Of a stretch of DNA of 64,000 nt, positions 1 to 14,400 are shown piece after piece. Numbering within the stretch: the stretch's first letter is position 1; the number at the start of each line of letters is the position of its first letter. The DNA is from Tubiluchus corallicola (lineage: Eukaryota > Animalia > Priapulida). The notes beneath the pieces are model-generated. The model did no database searches, was not told the DNA's origin, and worked only from the letters and a program-made list of their open reading frames with translations. The DNA lies in contig JAQGDQ010000002.1 in NCBI GenBank assembly GCA_030141605.1, forward strand, positions 62,001 through 126,000. Direction: 5' to 3'. Both the position numbers and the translations under genes were made by a program.

Positions 1-281
1 CACAACTGCCCCCAAGTGTATTATTATATCATACCATGCTGCAAGTGTTGAATATAACATAAATTCACAGGAAATTGCTGCTAGCAGTCAGTACATTATG
101 GCAAATAATGTTGTAAGTAAAATCTATGAATTTTCTGATAATTAAAAACATTTGACACAGTAAAATTCTTTTCCAACTTCCACGAAACTCAGTGTTTGTC
201 GGTAGAAACTATGGCGATGATCATGTAGTACTGTATGTTAAGTATTCAATTTATTTTTTCTACAAGTGTTTATGCTATTAG

Positions 282-566
282 GTGGAAAATGCATGGGTGG
301 AATGGAAGGAGCTCTTCGTGCACCCACTGCCATTATGTGGCCAGGTGTTATACCAGCTGGACGAGTGATAAACGTTCCAACATCACTTATGGACATCTTT
401 CCCACGCTTGCCAGCATCCTCGACATTGCCCTACCAACTGATCGTATTATTGATGGTAAAAATATACTACCTCTGATACTGGGGCATAGCGATGCTCCAC
501 CACACGAGTTTATGTTTCATTACTGTGGGCGTCACATCCATGCTGCGAGATATTCTCCTAGTCAAG
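282..566 (+). CDS. Arylsulfatase (STS/ARSD/ARSE-like), penultimate coding exon; gene begins upstream of window
   Basis: tag|GT acceptor and G|gtaatg donor, phase 1-1. Encodes GGKCMGGMEGALRAP..WPGVIPAG..PTSLMDIFPT..DRIIDGKN..HEFMFHYC, matching the C-terminal catalytic region of the STS/ARSD/ARSE family. Confidence 0.92.
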
Positions 567-1167
567 GTAATGAAAATCTTTGTAATGCTGTAATATGTTC
601 TGCATTAATATTATAGTTAGCTTCATACTTGTATTCCTTTACTAGAAAATGCCTATTGATCTAATGTCAGCTTTCAGACACAAAAGTTTTAACAGCAAGT
701 AAAGTTTGTGGCCAAAAGTGAAGATTGTGTACAAATTGTTGCACCATTTATTTCTGGAATACATTGTAGCTCTCATTAAAATTGCGCAAGGTCTACTAGA
801 GTTTTTCGAAATTTTGTTTCCATTCAATATTTTTTGTCTCGAACAAATTCTTTGAAGGTTAAAAACCAACTTGTGGAAAGTCATTTCAGGAGAAACTAAG
901 ACAAGGAGGGGGAGATTCAAATTGTCTATCTATTTTTTCTTCAAGCTAGCTTCCATTGGTTCAGTAATCATTTTAGTAGGTGGCAATGAAGATGGTACAA
1001 CTACATGTATTTTGGTAATGATATATTATACAACATAATGTAAGTAGTGCAAAGTTTGACACAACGTGCTGTTAACTATTATCACAGAAAAAGAGACGTT
1101 AGTGATGATGCCTCTTTAGCATTTTGAATTTTTTTGTAAAACTTATTAACATTTTGGTGTTTTTTAG

Positions 1168-1550
1168 AAAATGCTGTGTGGAAGGTTCATTATGCAACAC
1201 CAAAATGGATTCCCGGCACGGAAGGCTGTGATTTTGTGTGCCCTTGTTATGGAGCGAAGTGGATCCAGTGGCACAATCCACCGCTTCTATTTGACATGAT
1301 TACTGACCAGTCAGAACAGTTGGTGATTAACGTGAGTGCTAGCAGGCAGTACAGAGAAATTGTGGAAAAAATTGATGGAGCGAAAGAAGCCCATATGAAA
1401 AGTATAGTTCCCGTTGAGGATCAGTATTCATTTTGGAATACTATGTGGTGGCCGTGGCTGCAACCGTGTTGTAATCTACCATGGTGTAACTGTAAAGATG
1501 AGAAATATGTTGACTTTGAATACCCGTATAAGGACACGACCACTTCTTGA
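1168..1550 (+). CDS. Arylsulfatase (STS/ARSD/ARSE-like), last coding exon
   Basis: ttttag|AA acceptor in phase with the 566 donor. Encodes VWKVHYATPKW..GC..VCPCYG..HNPPLLFD..PWLQPCCNLPWCNC, the Cys-rich C-terminus of this family. Stop TGA at 1548-1550, followed directly by TAG. Confidence 0.92.
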
Positions 1551-4500
1551 TAGCAGGAATTTTTGCGTTTTTAGATTAATGGGAGTATCTAATTTGTTTC
1601 TTATACTAGTCGCTTATTCAGTTGCAAAGGGAGATTATTAAGTTTGATAATGCTACTTTGTTTTAGTATTAAGAGCAGGACAAATGCATCACCACACAGT
1701 TGTCAATGCACTTGTGTGCTCAAATGTGCTAAGTTATATATAAATGCTTATAATGGTTGATGGGCAGCGTGCAACTTAGGGCAGGGAATAATAAAGCAAT
1801 GTACTAGTAGAAACTATTTCTGTTAGAATATTTTATCCTCGTGTTGTTAGGCAAAGACACAATCTCGTGAATCTCGAATTTTTAAATTCTGTTTGGCAGA
1901 AGTTTTGCTATTATGTGAAATTCTGCTGTTTCCGTTCTGTAGTATAAGTGTGATTCTTGTACGGTTCAGCCTAGCTATTTGTGGTTTATACCTCACTTAA
2001 GGTCATGCTTTACACTACAGCTAGCAGTTTTTTTAATGTCTACAATTACGTCTGTCAGCATGCCGCTCACATTAATCTGTACAGAGATGAGTTCTGCAAC
2101 CATATACTCTAGACTTCTAAGAAGGTTGGAGCATGTGTAGTAATCTCAATTTAAGTTGCTTACTTATTATTTTTGCAAGAGTCAGTTTTCTCACTACAGG
2201 GATAATTTTGGTCTCTTCATTGTACAATTACAGCATGCAGAAATACAAGACTTGAAATAAATATATTCCTTCCTGTTACCATTGCACGGTCATAGTGTTT
2301 TGGCCTAATAGTAGCGATTAAGCCAAAATCACATCATATGAAATTTGTATAGAATATATGACAGCCTATATTCGAGTGTTGGATTCATCAGTAGTTTTTT
2401 ACTTCCCTAATGAAACGAACTTCTTTACTTATATTATATACATGAATTTGATGGTTGCATAGAGCTAGAGCATATTGCTGACGTAGTATTAGTTGGATTT
2501 TATGAATGTGCAAACTGCTGATGCCAAAGGTGTTTTGCATGGTTTTAATTTTGAGTTCTTAGTTTGTAAATCATGGTGTATTAGGGTCGCTTAGAGATTT
2601 AGTTATGTATGTTATATGATTATACATGTTATTGTTGTTAACATCATGGTTTTAATTGTGACAGCTTTTGGTGATAGATATTGAGATTATTATAATGTGA
2701 TATGAAAACAGAGTTGTTTTAGCATGACTGGGATCTTTTGGCTACTTGGCACTAGAGTGAAAAGAAATGTTTATTTTTGCCACCACAGCATTTCCGTTCT
2801 TGTCATTCTCAAGTCATTGCCTCCTTTGCAGCTTAAGTGAGCTCATAGAATTAGTCAGTTCGGTTAACCAGAACTGGTAATTTCAAGAGTAGTCAGTTCT
2901 GCATTTAGGCCAATATCAGTATTGAGTTTAATAATTTAGCATAATTAGTTTAGTTGTTAATGAAGTTGTTTTCGTTAATGTAATTTCATTGTGCCAGCTT
3001 ATTCAATTATAACTTGATATTTGTTATGTCTTTGTGTAATACAACTTTTGCTGTTTGACTTTCTGGTTCGACAAAAATTACAAATGTGCCACCATTTTCT
3101 AACTTTTGCTGTTTTTTTGAAAATTGAACAGAGACGACAAAAAATAACTTTTAATTAAATGTGTGATTATTGTAAATTTTGACATGAAATGCTTTTGCTT
3201 GCCCTTCATTAAAATACACAATTTGTGCAGATTCAGGTTTGTCTGATCTTCTTCGTGCCTTGGGTTAATTTGTCTGGATTTGTCACCAACAACTAATATT
3301 TAAGTGCTGACTGCAAAAAGTTTCTTTTCAGTTACACAGAGTGAGATACAAATACAGTTATTGTAATTGTTAAGCAGGATGGTTATTCTTCAAGTGCTGA
3401 GTTATGGACTGTATATAATTGTCAGCGACATTTTGCGCTTATTTTTTTAGGTTAATGAAATTTTAGTAAGCCTACATCGTTATTTTTTGCCAAATGATGC
3501 TATGCCAAATAGGTTTCTTGTTTGACTTATTATTGTTATTTAACAGATTAACAATTAATTTTCAACTTGCCAAGTAGTGTCTATGGCATGAAGACTGTTT
3601 GCAGGTACCTTGAGCCTACCTTTTATTTCAAATAATCGCAATTTTTAAACAAATTTGATTACTAGCGACCATGCGGATCCCAAGTGCCAAATTGCCTTTC
3701 ATGTTGTAACAAACCACAAAATGATTATCATTTTGATATTACTTTTTCTCTGTTCTATTGGCATTCAACATTGTTTCTACATACCAAAAAATATTGTTTC
3801 TATGTGATGTCTTGCCAAACCTTAGTGAAATCATTTTAAATATGATTTTTAACGTAAAAATTGCATTATATTTCTATAAAGTGTAAAGTACATGCTTGAA
3901 TGTATTCGGGGACTAATACAGATGAAAAAATCACATTTCTTTAGCAAACTATGACAGCATGAGCCAACTATGACAAAATCTTTCGGAACTCTTCTGATAG
4001 CGTTACGTCCAGTTTTACCTTTATATGTTTATTTGTGTTATTTCTGCTTTCCATTTCTTTAGGTTTAGGTTAGTATTTTATTCACGTAGTACCTCACACG
4101 TTAGTCAGGTTAAAACTACAGACAGTCACTCTATGTATTTCAGTCTCAGTTATATATGTAGATATAGGGCAGATATTGACCTGTATGAGTAAAACTTAGT
4201 ATATACATGTACTTTAGTAAAGTTTAGTTTATGCTACGGAGTGTAAACTTTTTACTCTTAGTAAAAGAACTGAGAGAAGCTTCACGGTAGACGTTTCACT
4301 TTTATGCGTATGGGTCATTGTCCTTTCACTATTTAATCCGTACTTATTACTTTTGACATACTATATAATATAACTGAAATAATTTGTTGGTGACCAGTGG
4401 CTTGAACACTTTATGTGTAAGTCAGCATTTAACATTTTATTGAAAAAATGCATGTACAGTGTATCTGTAAATTGTTAGTTTTGGTGTACAAAAAGTTGAA

Positions 4501-7500
4501 ACTTTTTTAATTAAACGCCTTTTGGTGTGATGATCATCTTTCTTTGTAGAAAACGTTGCATCTAGTATCATATCAGAAAACAGTAGTATTTTCAGTGTAA
4601 GACAGTGCACATACAACCACCATCAGTCCATCTCCATCTAGAAACATGCACAATTGAACTGAGAATGCTTTTTTAATAACAAGGGTTGACATATATGCTC
4701 CATTGCTTAAACAATGCCTGTATAACGTCTGGCACAGGTGTTTTACCTCAGAAGTTTTATTCTTTGTAGAATGAGGTAGATTATGCTTCTGCCACAACCA
4801 TAAACTGTGGGTGACTGGGCGTTGGCTTGGTGCTGGATAGTTGCTTAGAAGTATGCTAAAGCTTAAAGATAAGACTCCCAGCTATTAACATTGATTAATA
4901 AGAACATTCAAGTTTGAGGTTACTTTCAGCTGTACTGTAGTAAAATACAAAGACCTTATAAAAGTTACAATTGATAACATTTTTGATGCATTTTGAAAAG
5001 TGGAACAATTGTCTTTTTTTTAATCCATTTCTGATTTGCGACTTAATCACCTGCTTTTGTCTTGCGTGACATGTGTAAATCTATTGACAATTCTGCTTAT
5101 AGCTGAACAGGTTGGAGTGAGAATGGACTTGGTGGGGCAACCTTATATAAACATGTATTAAAGCCTCTTGGTTACTGTTTTTAAATTGCAAATTCATTAT
5201 TGTGATGTTGCATTTGGAGATGGTTGATGGCAGATTTTTTCATCTTACGGCTTTGCAAGTTTTGCTATTGTCTGTCTTCCCTCTGCCTTATGTAAATCAT
5301 GGCGTAAGATCTTCTTGTTATTATTATTATCATTATTGTCAGTATACATGTGTACTCATTTTTTATCTTTTCGTGTTGTAACTGTTTTGAGGAATTTTTT
5401 GAGTGATATCGGCGCAGGACTGGTGCTCATTGTGGTGCTGATTTATGACGCTAGAAACAACACTGTTTTTGTTTTTGAAGGAAACTGCTGACTTGATTCG
5501 CATGATGTGATGAGTACTGGTTTTTCATCATTTAATGAATTTCTGTTATATGATAATGAATTTGGTATACTTTGTAGTTTGTACTTTGGCTTTTCATTGT
5601 TGATTGTTACTTTTTGACATTGTTGAAAAAAGCGTCAAGTTGCGTTCACATTTACATTTTGCCTGCCTTACATGATCCTATTTGACTATTTTTGTCCACG
5701 CATTTTCATAACCTTATGTCTGTTGTTACTACTCTGCATGTCAGATGTTGGGGATTTGGGCGTCTAGCTGCATTATTGTCCTTGTTTGTTCTATTTGTTA
5801 ACTAAAATGTGAATGCAACATTACTATTACAAAATGACATCATCGTAATTATGTGATTCAGCTTCATTCTGAAACAAAACAGTGGTGGATATTGCTGATG
5901 TATAGGTCGTGTTTACTGTTTTTGCCTATTTAAACATACTGATCTGAAAACCTTTCTTGTGTATACAAGTTTACATAATGAGTACATAGATATCTTTGTT
6001 TTTAGTATCAATAAAGAATTTTCACTGACGTTTATTATTATTCTTTTTTATGCTGTGCTATAATTTGTTCACTGATTGTAATCGTGCAACTTTGTTTATG
6101 ATCTGCTGTTTTTTCATACCCTTCAGCATACTGCAAGCTGGAATCCAGCATTCAGCAGCAGCGCCTACTCAACTGGGACGTTTCTTGTGTCACCGGAGCC
6201 CGACTCTTTAGCAAAGAATCACTCTAAGTCAGTGAACTGACAGAGGTGGATCAGCCATGTTCGGGCAAACAACTAGGATCAGGATGGCAAATGAAACCCC
6301 TCGTTCAGATCTCCAGCGAGTATTCAAAGCAGGCTGTTCGAAATAGTTAACGCAAAGCTTGCACACCCACTCGGCCACAAATGATGAAACTGAAATGATT
6401 GTGGGTGTGCAGCGAGTGGACATTAACATTGTCATAGACTTAACATTAACAGACTGCAAAAACCACCCATTGGAATGCAACGCCAAATACAGTATATAAT
6501 AAATTTGCATATGTTTTACTACCACTCCAAATACATTATTAACTGTTTTATAGGCTTACAGCAGAACACAACTATGCTTTGCAGTGTGATTTTAACCAAA
6601 ATTAATGTTCAAAAGTACAAGTAAGTACCAAATGAATTAAAATTTGTAAGTTTATTTGGAAGCAATTTAACCACTGCAGCCACACTCATTTATTCAAGCA
6701 CTATGACAAGAAAAATTTCATAAATCCAACAGAACCTATTATTTCATTTGTAAAAATAACCTTTTCAAAATATAACTATAATACATCAATAAAAATATTT
6801 TTTATTCTGTATGATCAGACAGCAAAAATAACACTAGCTGAGCGGTAAAACTTTCCTGATTTTCTTTAGATAACAAGAGGTTAAGTTTTCTCAGCCTGCT
6901 GTCACATTAGCCTTCTTGTAACCTCATTATGCATGCATTAAATTAAATCAAATTTAACAGCTGATATCTGCTGTTTTTTTCCAGTGCGATCAAATCAATA
7001 TAAATGCCTTGACAACCCGGTACTTTTACACCCGCTAATAACTAAATAATAAAATGAGTTGAAATAAATAACATTGTGTAGATTCTGGTACCTGACCCTG
7101 CAGGTACAAAAAATAACATGAAATTAGAACAGAAGTTATATATCAACGATCGCGACAAGTCTATGTGCTTGGCATACTAGTTATGCATCGTGCAATACAG
7201 CAGTCATGTGCAGCACGCGACAAAATCACAGCCGTCAATCAATCAAATACTAAATCTACAAAATGAGAATTAAATTTTGAGGAATGCAATTAATTATCGA
7301 ACCATATTTTAAAGCACTGTGATTTTTGTACCAAGAAAATTCTTCAAATAATATGCTGAAATACTATTGACAGAATTTGAAATGCACTGAATGCATGAAT
7401 AAAAACTGAAAAGATATAATTATAACTATGGTTTAAAATTCAAACTACATCACAGAACAATCATTTGCAAAGCTGGGTAAGTGACAAGAACAGCTTAGAG

Positions 7501-8376
7501 AAATCTGTAAATGCTTTTGCTAAAAATTAACAATTTACACTATCTGTCGCTGAATGGGTGGGTGGAAATTTGTTTTAGATTTGCACAGTTAATTACCTGA
7601 CGTAAAAAAAAACATTCGTTTGTAGTTTAAACTATACAAAAGACACACGACAATACTGATATGCTCTCAAAAACAAAATGATATGACTGGAAGAAGGTCA
7701 TATATCGGTTTATATGCACCAATATGCAAACATTGTTAAAGTAAGCTCATATTAACCATAATATAGACTAATAGATTAGTATAATGATAAAGATTTCAAA
7801 TAAGAAAAACACATGGCATAAGAATTATAAAACTTGGGAAATCCAAATTTAGCAACAGTCTCAGTGCTGCAAAAATTGATAATAAAAAATCATTAAAATC
7901 AATAAAAAAATCAACCCATCTCTACAATTTCACTTTCATCGGAAAAGCCCAATTTTTAATCAGTTAATATGATAAGTAATAGTCATTGAATTTGGGTGAC
8001 CTGAACAACTGAAAAATGTAGATAAAGCAAAGAAAACCATTAACCTTTTTCTTAAGAATTTAAAAAAAGAATTAATAAAAAATGAATGAAATAAGAGAGA
8101 AAGGACTCTCTTCAGAGCGAAATGACAAGAAACAAAGCATGAGAAACAAGAATGGCAGTGATAAATAGCCGCAATTGTTATATTTTAACATACCACGTCA
8201 CACAAAAGCGAACCAAAAAATATCTTTACAAAAGAAAAAGAGTTATGTTTAAAAGTGAGACTTAATATAGCGACATTGCTATTAAAGATAATGAAAAGCA
8301 GATAATAATGCATCAGCCAGTGTAAACACAAGTCAGCATCCAAAGATGAGGCACACAGCCCTACAAAAATGAGGAG

Positions 8377-8489
8377 TCACAATTCATACACAAACTTGAT
8401 GCCATGAGGCTCAAGTAGTTCTCTATTGAGCTGGTCGATTTTTTCACTTTGTTCTGTAGTGTAATGATTCTTCCAATCACCAACTTTTC
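8377..8489 (-). CDS. Sulfotransferase last coding exon
   Basis: tttttaag|GA acceptor, 113 nt; KVGDWKNHYTTEQSEKIDQLNRELLEPHGIKFVYEL*. Confidence 0.93.
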
Positions 8490-11400
8490 CTTAAAAAAAC
8501 ATATTTCATTTTACAAATTTTCTTTTTACATATTACATTTTACAATTGCTGGGGCAAAACGAAATATCTGACCAGTCTGGACAAGGGTCAAAAATTGCAT
8601 CATAAGATACATGGCCAGATTTCGTATACAATTGTTGGTGACATTATCCTGAATTAAAAAACACCACATCTGACGAGAACTGGTTGGTCAAAATAAAATG
8701 TGACCACTCTGGGAACTCTGACCACTCTGATCAACTGGGGAAATCAGTCCTTCTCAAAAAGCTTGAAGCGAGAGTTGAAAGTAATCCACCAGCAGAGACT
8801 AAATGTACCACAGTTGATAAAGTGTTGTCCTCCATGCTCCTTGCAAGGCATGCACTGATCAAGCTTCCCAAAATGCAAGGCCAAAATATGCACATAGTTT
8901 TTGATCGCTCAGTAATACCATCAGTGAAAAACCACAAAAGAGATAAAAGAGCTCACTTAATAAGTACAGATGCACACAGTGGAACTTAGGGACCTGAAAT
9001 GAAGGTGCCAACCGACCTTATGAAGCATTCAAGGAATGACAACTTTAAGAATGCTTTAGTTTTCTTCTTGATAATGAAGTGGAAGGCTGATAAATATGCA
9101 CACATTCTAGGCCCCAAAACAGCATGTACAGGTATAGACGATAAGTGTATGGCTTTCTCTGGTAACAATAACAAGATGATATATGAATAAGACTGTAATC
9201 TCAAAACATCTTTCGAAGAAGTTGATTACAGGTTGATCACATTGCAGCTTCATGTGCTTCCCCAAGAAATGTAGTAATTCAAACATACAACACAGATGTC
9301 TTAATTATTGCCATGTCTAACGTACACAACCGTTAAGCATTCTAAAAAAAATCAGGGGCAAGCAGCATTTTCAATTCTAGGTCATTGCGAAACAGCAACA
9401 CGATAGTCCAAGCTATACAACAATATGCAATCTGGTGGACAATGTTATTTTGTGACAACCAAAATAAAAAGTATGTGTATTAAATTCAAAAGGAATGAGA
9501 GTTTTTCAACTGTTCTGCCCAATATTTGTATACAGAATGTTCCTTTAATTGGGTAGATGATGTCATCCACTTAGGTAATATTATAACATATGACTTAACA
9601 GATGACAAGGATGTCTTAAAAAACCAGGTGAACTAATAAGTCAGTTTAACAGAATAATTAAGAGTTTCAAGTCCATAAATGTACTGCTTAAATGTAAAAT
9701 AATAGAAACTTATTGTTCTGCTTATTATGGCTGCCAATCTTGGTGATTAGATACAAAAGTTTAGATCTTCGAAATACCGCTTGAAATATTGGAATAGGAA
9801 ATTTTTTTAACCGTGGCGCACACATAACAATTTATTACCAGTGATTACTAATTTAAGTGTTCCGTTGAGGCATTTATCTGTTCAAGATGTAAACTTTATT
9901 AGGCAGTGTCTTTTGCCATCAAATATATCAGTGCAGTACCTTTGTAAAATCGTTAGAATTGATGTCAGAAACACAACTGGGTTTAATTTAAAATATTTAA
10001 GCAGTTCACTAGGGTTCAGTAACTGTGCTGTTTTACTGTAACGTAAACTAAAAGTAAATGATTTTATGGAACGATATACTAATATTACTAATGGAAACAC
10101 TATTAAGGAATCACTTTTAGCGATGGGTAGAGTACTTAAGGTTGGGCTTAACAACAGCCAATTAGCTATAATAATAGATTTATCTCGCAACAGTGTAAAT
10201 TCACTACTGATATGGTCTTGCATATAGGCCTAGTGTGCAAATATTATATATGTATATGTAAATATTAGTACTTATTTTTTCCACTAACCCGGTCATAAAT
10301 TATCATTAATATTAATTTACTTACTAAATTTGCAAACCATTAAAAAGTGTACATTTGTTAAATGAATTGTATGAAATAAAGGTAATATATATATATATAT
10401 ATAATGGCTGGATAATAAAAAACAATAAGTATGCATCAAATTTTTTTTCAAGGACCAAAAGCAAGTGCCCATTTCCTTGAATGAAATTATCTTGAACGAG
10501 GAAAGGGACAATGATGATGGTGATGATGATGATGAGATTATTGGTGAAGAGAAAAATTAAAATTTTGAGGACAATATGATTAAAATTTTTGTGATTAAAG
10601 ATTTTGTGATAGTTATAGTTAGATTTTCTACAGTTACAATTTTGTTACAGTTAAAGTGGCTAACATTCAGTTATTTCTCTTATGCAGTATTACATTCATT
10701 TTCAATAAAATTTTTGACTCCTTGTAACCATTGTCCAGTACAGGTCATCTGATTGTTAGTTTGCCCCAGCCAACCTTATCAGATTGCATGTTTTTTGAAA
10801 GAGTACAATGACGCCTGGATTTTGGCAGGAAAATTAACCATGTACTTTATGATGCAATTTTTGACCCCTTTGACCGCTTAGTGGTCAGATTTCATTTTGA
10901 CTCAACAATTCTCGTCAGATTTGGTGTTTCTTATTCCTTTAGTTCAGGATAGTGTCACCTACAACTTTTTACTAAACCTGGCCATGTACCTTGTGATGAA
11001 ATTTTTTACCTCTTATGACCATTGTCCAGTACAGGTCGTCTGATTTTTACTTTGCCCCAGCCAAACTCGTCAGAAGGGTGTTTTTGGAATGAGTACAATA
11101 TCCCCTACACTTTGACAGAAAAATTAACCATGTACTTTATGATGCACTTTTCGGCCCCATTTGGGGGTACCTCTTTGTGCCCCAACAGTTCCTTGTAAGA
11201 CGGGCAGTTTTATGAATGCCTAGACCAGTAGTAAACATCCAGACACCCAACCTTTTGTACCTTATCATGTGCTTATTTCGTCAAGGGCGCTTGGACTATC
11301 AAGGCACAGTAATTTTGTTCTGTAAGACCATACTGTTTAAAAGAATTTTAAATGTTGGTTCTTTATTTTCTAGTAAATTTGATTCTCAATTTAAAAATTC

Positions 11401-14400
11401 ATTTTTACAGAGTCACATACTTGGGGCAATCACTACCTGAAAAGGAAGCTCTGTTACCATTACCTTGAAACTACTACTATTATTATACCATTTATTTCGA
11501 ACATATAGCTCACATTAAAATTATAAAAAAAGTACAAAATTATCTAGGCTAAAAAATAAAATTACAATTACAGGATTAGTAGACACTGACACAAACAATT
11601 ATATACCTAAAAAATTAGTACTTAAGATTAAAACAAAACAAGGTTACTTTTCTACCTTTTCTCATCAAGGTTCCCTTGTTTCTGTTCCACATGCCCGTTT
11701 CATGCATCCAGCTCATATTAGCATTGGGGTTATTTTTCATTTCCTGAAAGCTGCAATGGTGTGCTATGGCATCCACTTGGTCTGGAGTCAGACTTCTTCC
11801 TAAAAAGTCGGCTATTCTCCGTATGCACTCATGTGAATCCTATAAAGGTAAGATGTTTTACAGCCATCAGTTTTAAAAAAAGAGTGGATCAGTGCTCGGT
11901 AATCAGTAAAATTAATGACCGCTGACTGGTTTTGTTCATAGACTGCCTTATCAATGAATAATACACTGTTGCTCGGATCATGCCATGTGGTGGTCCCTTA
12001 ATACGGCAATGCCAAAAACATTTAAACAAACAGAAATGTGCTTTCTCGACTTTAATATTTAATGAGACTGTTTCGTAACTAAGAAAGGCCATTCAGCTTT
12101 TTATTCAAACAATTACATAAAAACTCACATGAAATTGCACGTAATTTGCAGAAAGTAAACAAATTTTAACCTAGGCAATAAAACAAAGTAAAATGCAAAA
12201 AAAAAATTGTCAGGATAGTGGTATTTATCTTTTTTGCTTTTTTGCACATTTAATAAGTACCGTGAACAAGACAGCTGACAGACGCATATTCATAATCAGT
12301 CGAATGCCTGAAACCCAGCCAGATAAGTGAAACCTGCAAATCCGTTACAGTACAAAATTGAATTTAAAATTTATGTTATTTAAATAACACAAAAATATTT
12401 TTTATTTTTTTATTTCTCTCTCACACTCACAAGCCCATTAAGATATAAGCTTTTACCACTTGCAAACTTAAAATTAATAAATTTAATTGTTTAACTAATC
12501 AGTAACAAAAAAGTTCATAATAAGTGAGAAGTTGCAGAACAATCACTATATAAGTACTGCTTTACAAGAATAAAACCTGCTTTAATGGCAAATATTTAAT
12601 ATATAAATAATTTGTCAGGACTACGATATTTATAATTTTCAGCCTCTTATTAATAGTAACTTAATTTACACAAGAGGTGGCAGCACAGCATTGTACAAGT
12701 AGTTCCTTTCACTTTAAAACCTCCAAGAGTAGAAAATCCTGTATTTATGAAATTGGAAGACAATAATCACAGCCTCACAGAGACTAAAAAAATTCCTGAA
12801 GAATTGTGACTTTCTTTACAACATTTTGTGTTAAAAAGATACTGATACAAAATATGAACACCAATTGTATCATGTTTTTTATATCATGGGTGTTCACATT
12901 TTCAAGTTCATTTCCCACCCAATAAAAGCCTATTCTACATCAATACAAGTCGTAATGATAGGATCAGCATGTAGGCGTTGAAGGCCCCCAGGCCTTATTA
13001 GTATTGCGACATGCTGCCATCTGTTGCAAATACTTTTATTATCCCTCTCTTCAGCAATGACATTTTAAACAAAAATCTGCTACAGCACACTGCTGGGTTG
13101 ACCTATTACAAATAGTCCGTGATGCGTGTGAATATGGTTTTTGAAGTACTGAAATTCTATGCAACATCAATTATATGTATGAGGAAATTCTGTGACATTA
13201 AGAATACATTGTTTTACAAACAAATCCAAATGGACATAATGCCTTTACATTGACTAATATTGATGACTATTTGTATTTTTGTTATAGGAAAAAAACGGAT
13301 ACTTGGCTGCAATTTTCACATTTGTATAAGTGTGTGCTTTATCACAATAGTTTAACATACAAGCTGAAAAAACCTGCAAGTCTAAGTTGTGCGAGTAGTA
13401 AACCAGTAATAAGTTTATTACACACACCCATTTATATTGCATTAGCTCCAAAGAGGATATTGGCAAAAGCTGTCATTCTATAATTTGTCTGTTAACTGTA
13501 TGTATAAAGAAATGCTTCAATTTTGGCAGAATTGTCCTGTTTTGCCTACCTTAATCATTTCTTCATATGTCATATAAAAAATGTTTGGTTCATGCCTTCG
13601 CTTCCAAAAGCCCAGTACATGATACCAAAACCCACCATATATGACTGAAAAATAAACAAAGTGCATGAAAATGATGTGCCAGTCTAGGATATTATAATAC
13701 ACTAATACGACATCTAATCAATATCAATATACCAAACAGACCCCAATCAATAAATTATAATTTTTCTTTGTAAGAATAATAAAGTGAGTACAAAGGTTTG
13801 TGTAAGCTGCAGAGGCTACGACTGCTTACCATCAAAATTCTAATATGACCAAAAACTCGAATGTCGAATGCTAAGTCTATTTTTTGAGAACAGTTTTCAA
13901 GCACGTTTGTGTCAATGACTGTTGTAACAGTAACTTTCCAGTGCTAACTTTGTTACTGTATTTATGTTGTGACATGTGTAGGTTAGTAAAAAAACCAAGC
14001 TGACTGCACAATTTCTGTCTAGGCAGTTAATGTACAAATAAATGAAGCATTAAGTAACATTAGCATTAGATACTTTGGTTTTAAACAACAATCTGCCACT
14101 TTCCATGCAGGCTCAGTAGCCTCAGTTACAGGTTAGCAGGGATAATCGGCATACTTTAGTGTTATTCTTTGTATTATGATCTAATATTTCTCCTAAAACC
14201 TGTTTTGTGATGAAGCACAGGGATATGGCATCTATTTAAGAAGCTTCAGTACATGAAGAGGACAGAAGTCTAGCCCATCGCCTCGCCACCTTTTTTCCCC
14301 CAGGATATATGATCACTGAAGAGGTACAAAATTAAGGTTATGCAGGTCTGTGAAAGTGCCCACGGTCCTGTTTGAGTGCTAAAAACTCGAAAAACTCTTA

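Larger units (their letters stand above)
8548..11160 (+). mobile_element. Decayed Academ (AcademX-like, XPG-nuclease-containing) DNA transposon in the last SULT intron
   Basis: Broken reading frames give KSVLLKKLE..HIVFDR..SVK..RDKR, NFKNALVFFL..W, EEVDYRL (cf. EEADTR) and VVIQTYNTDVLII (cf. S.DTDV), plus an acidic tail at ~10500-10550. The left end 8548-8620 is the reverse complement of a repeat unit at 10700-11160. Confidence 0.6.
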
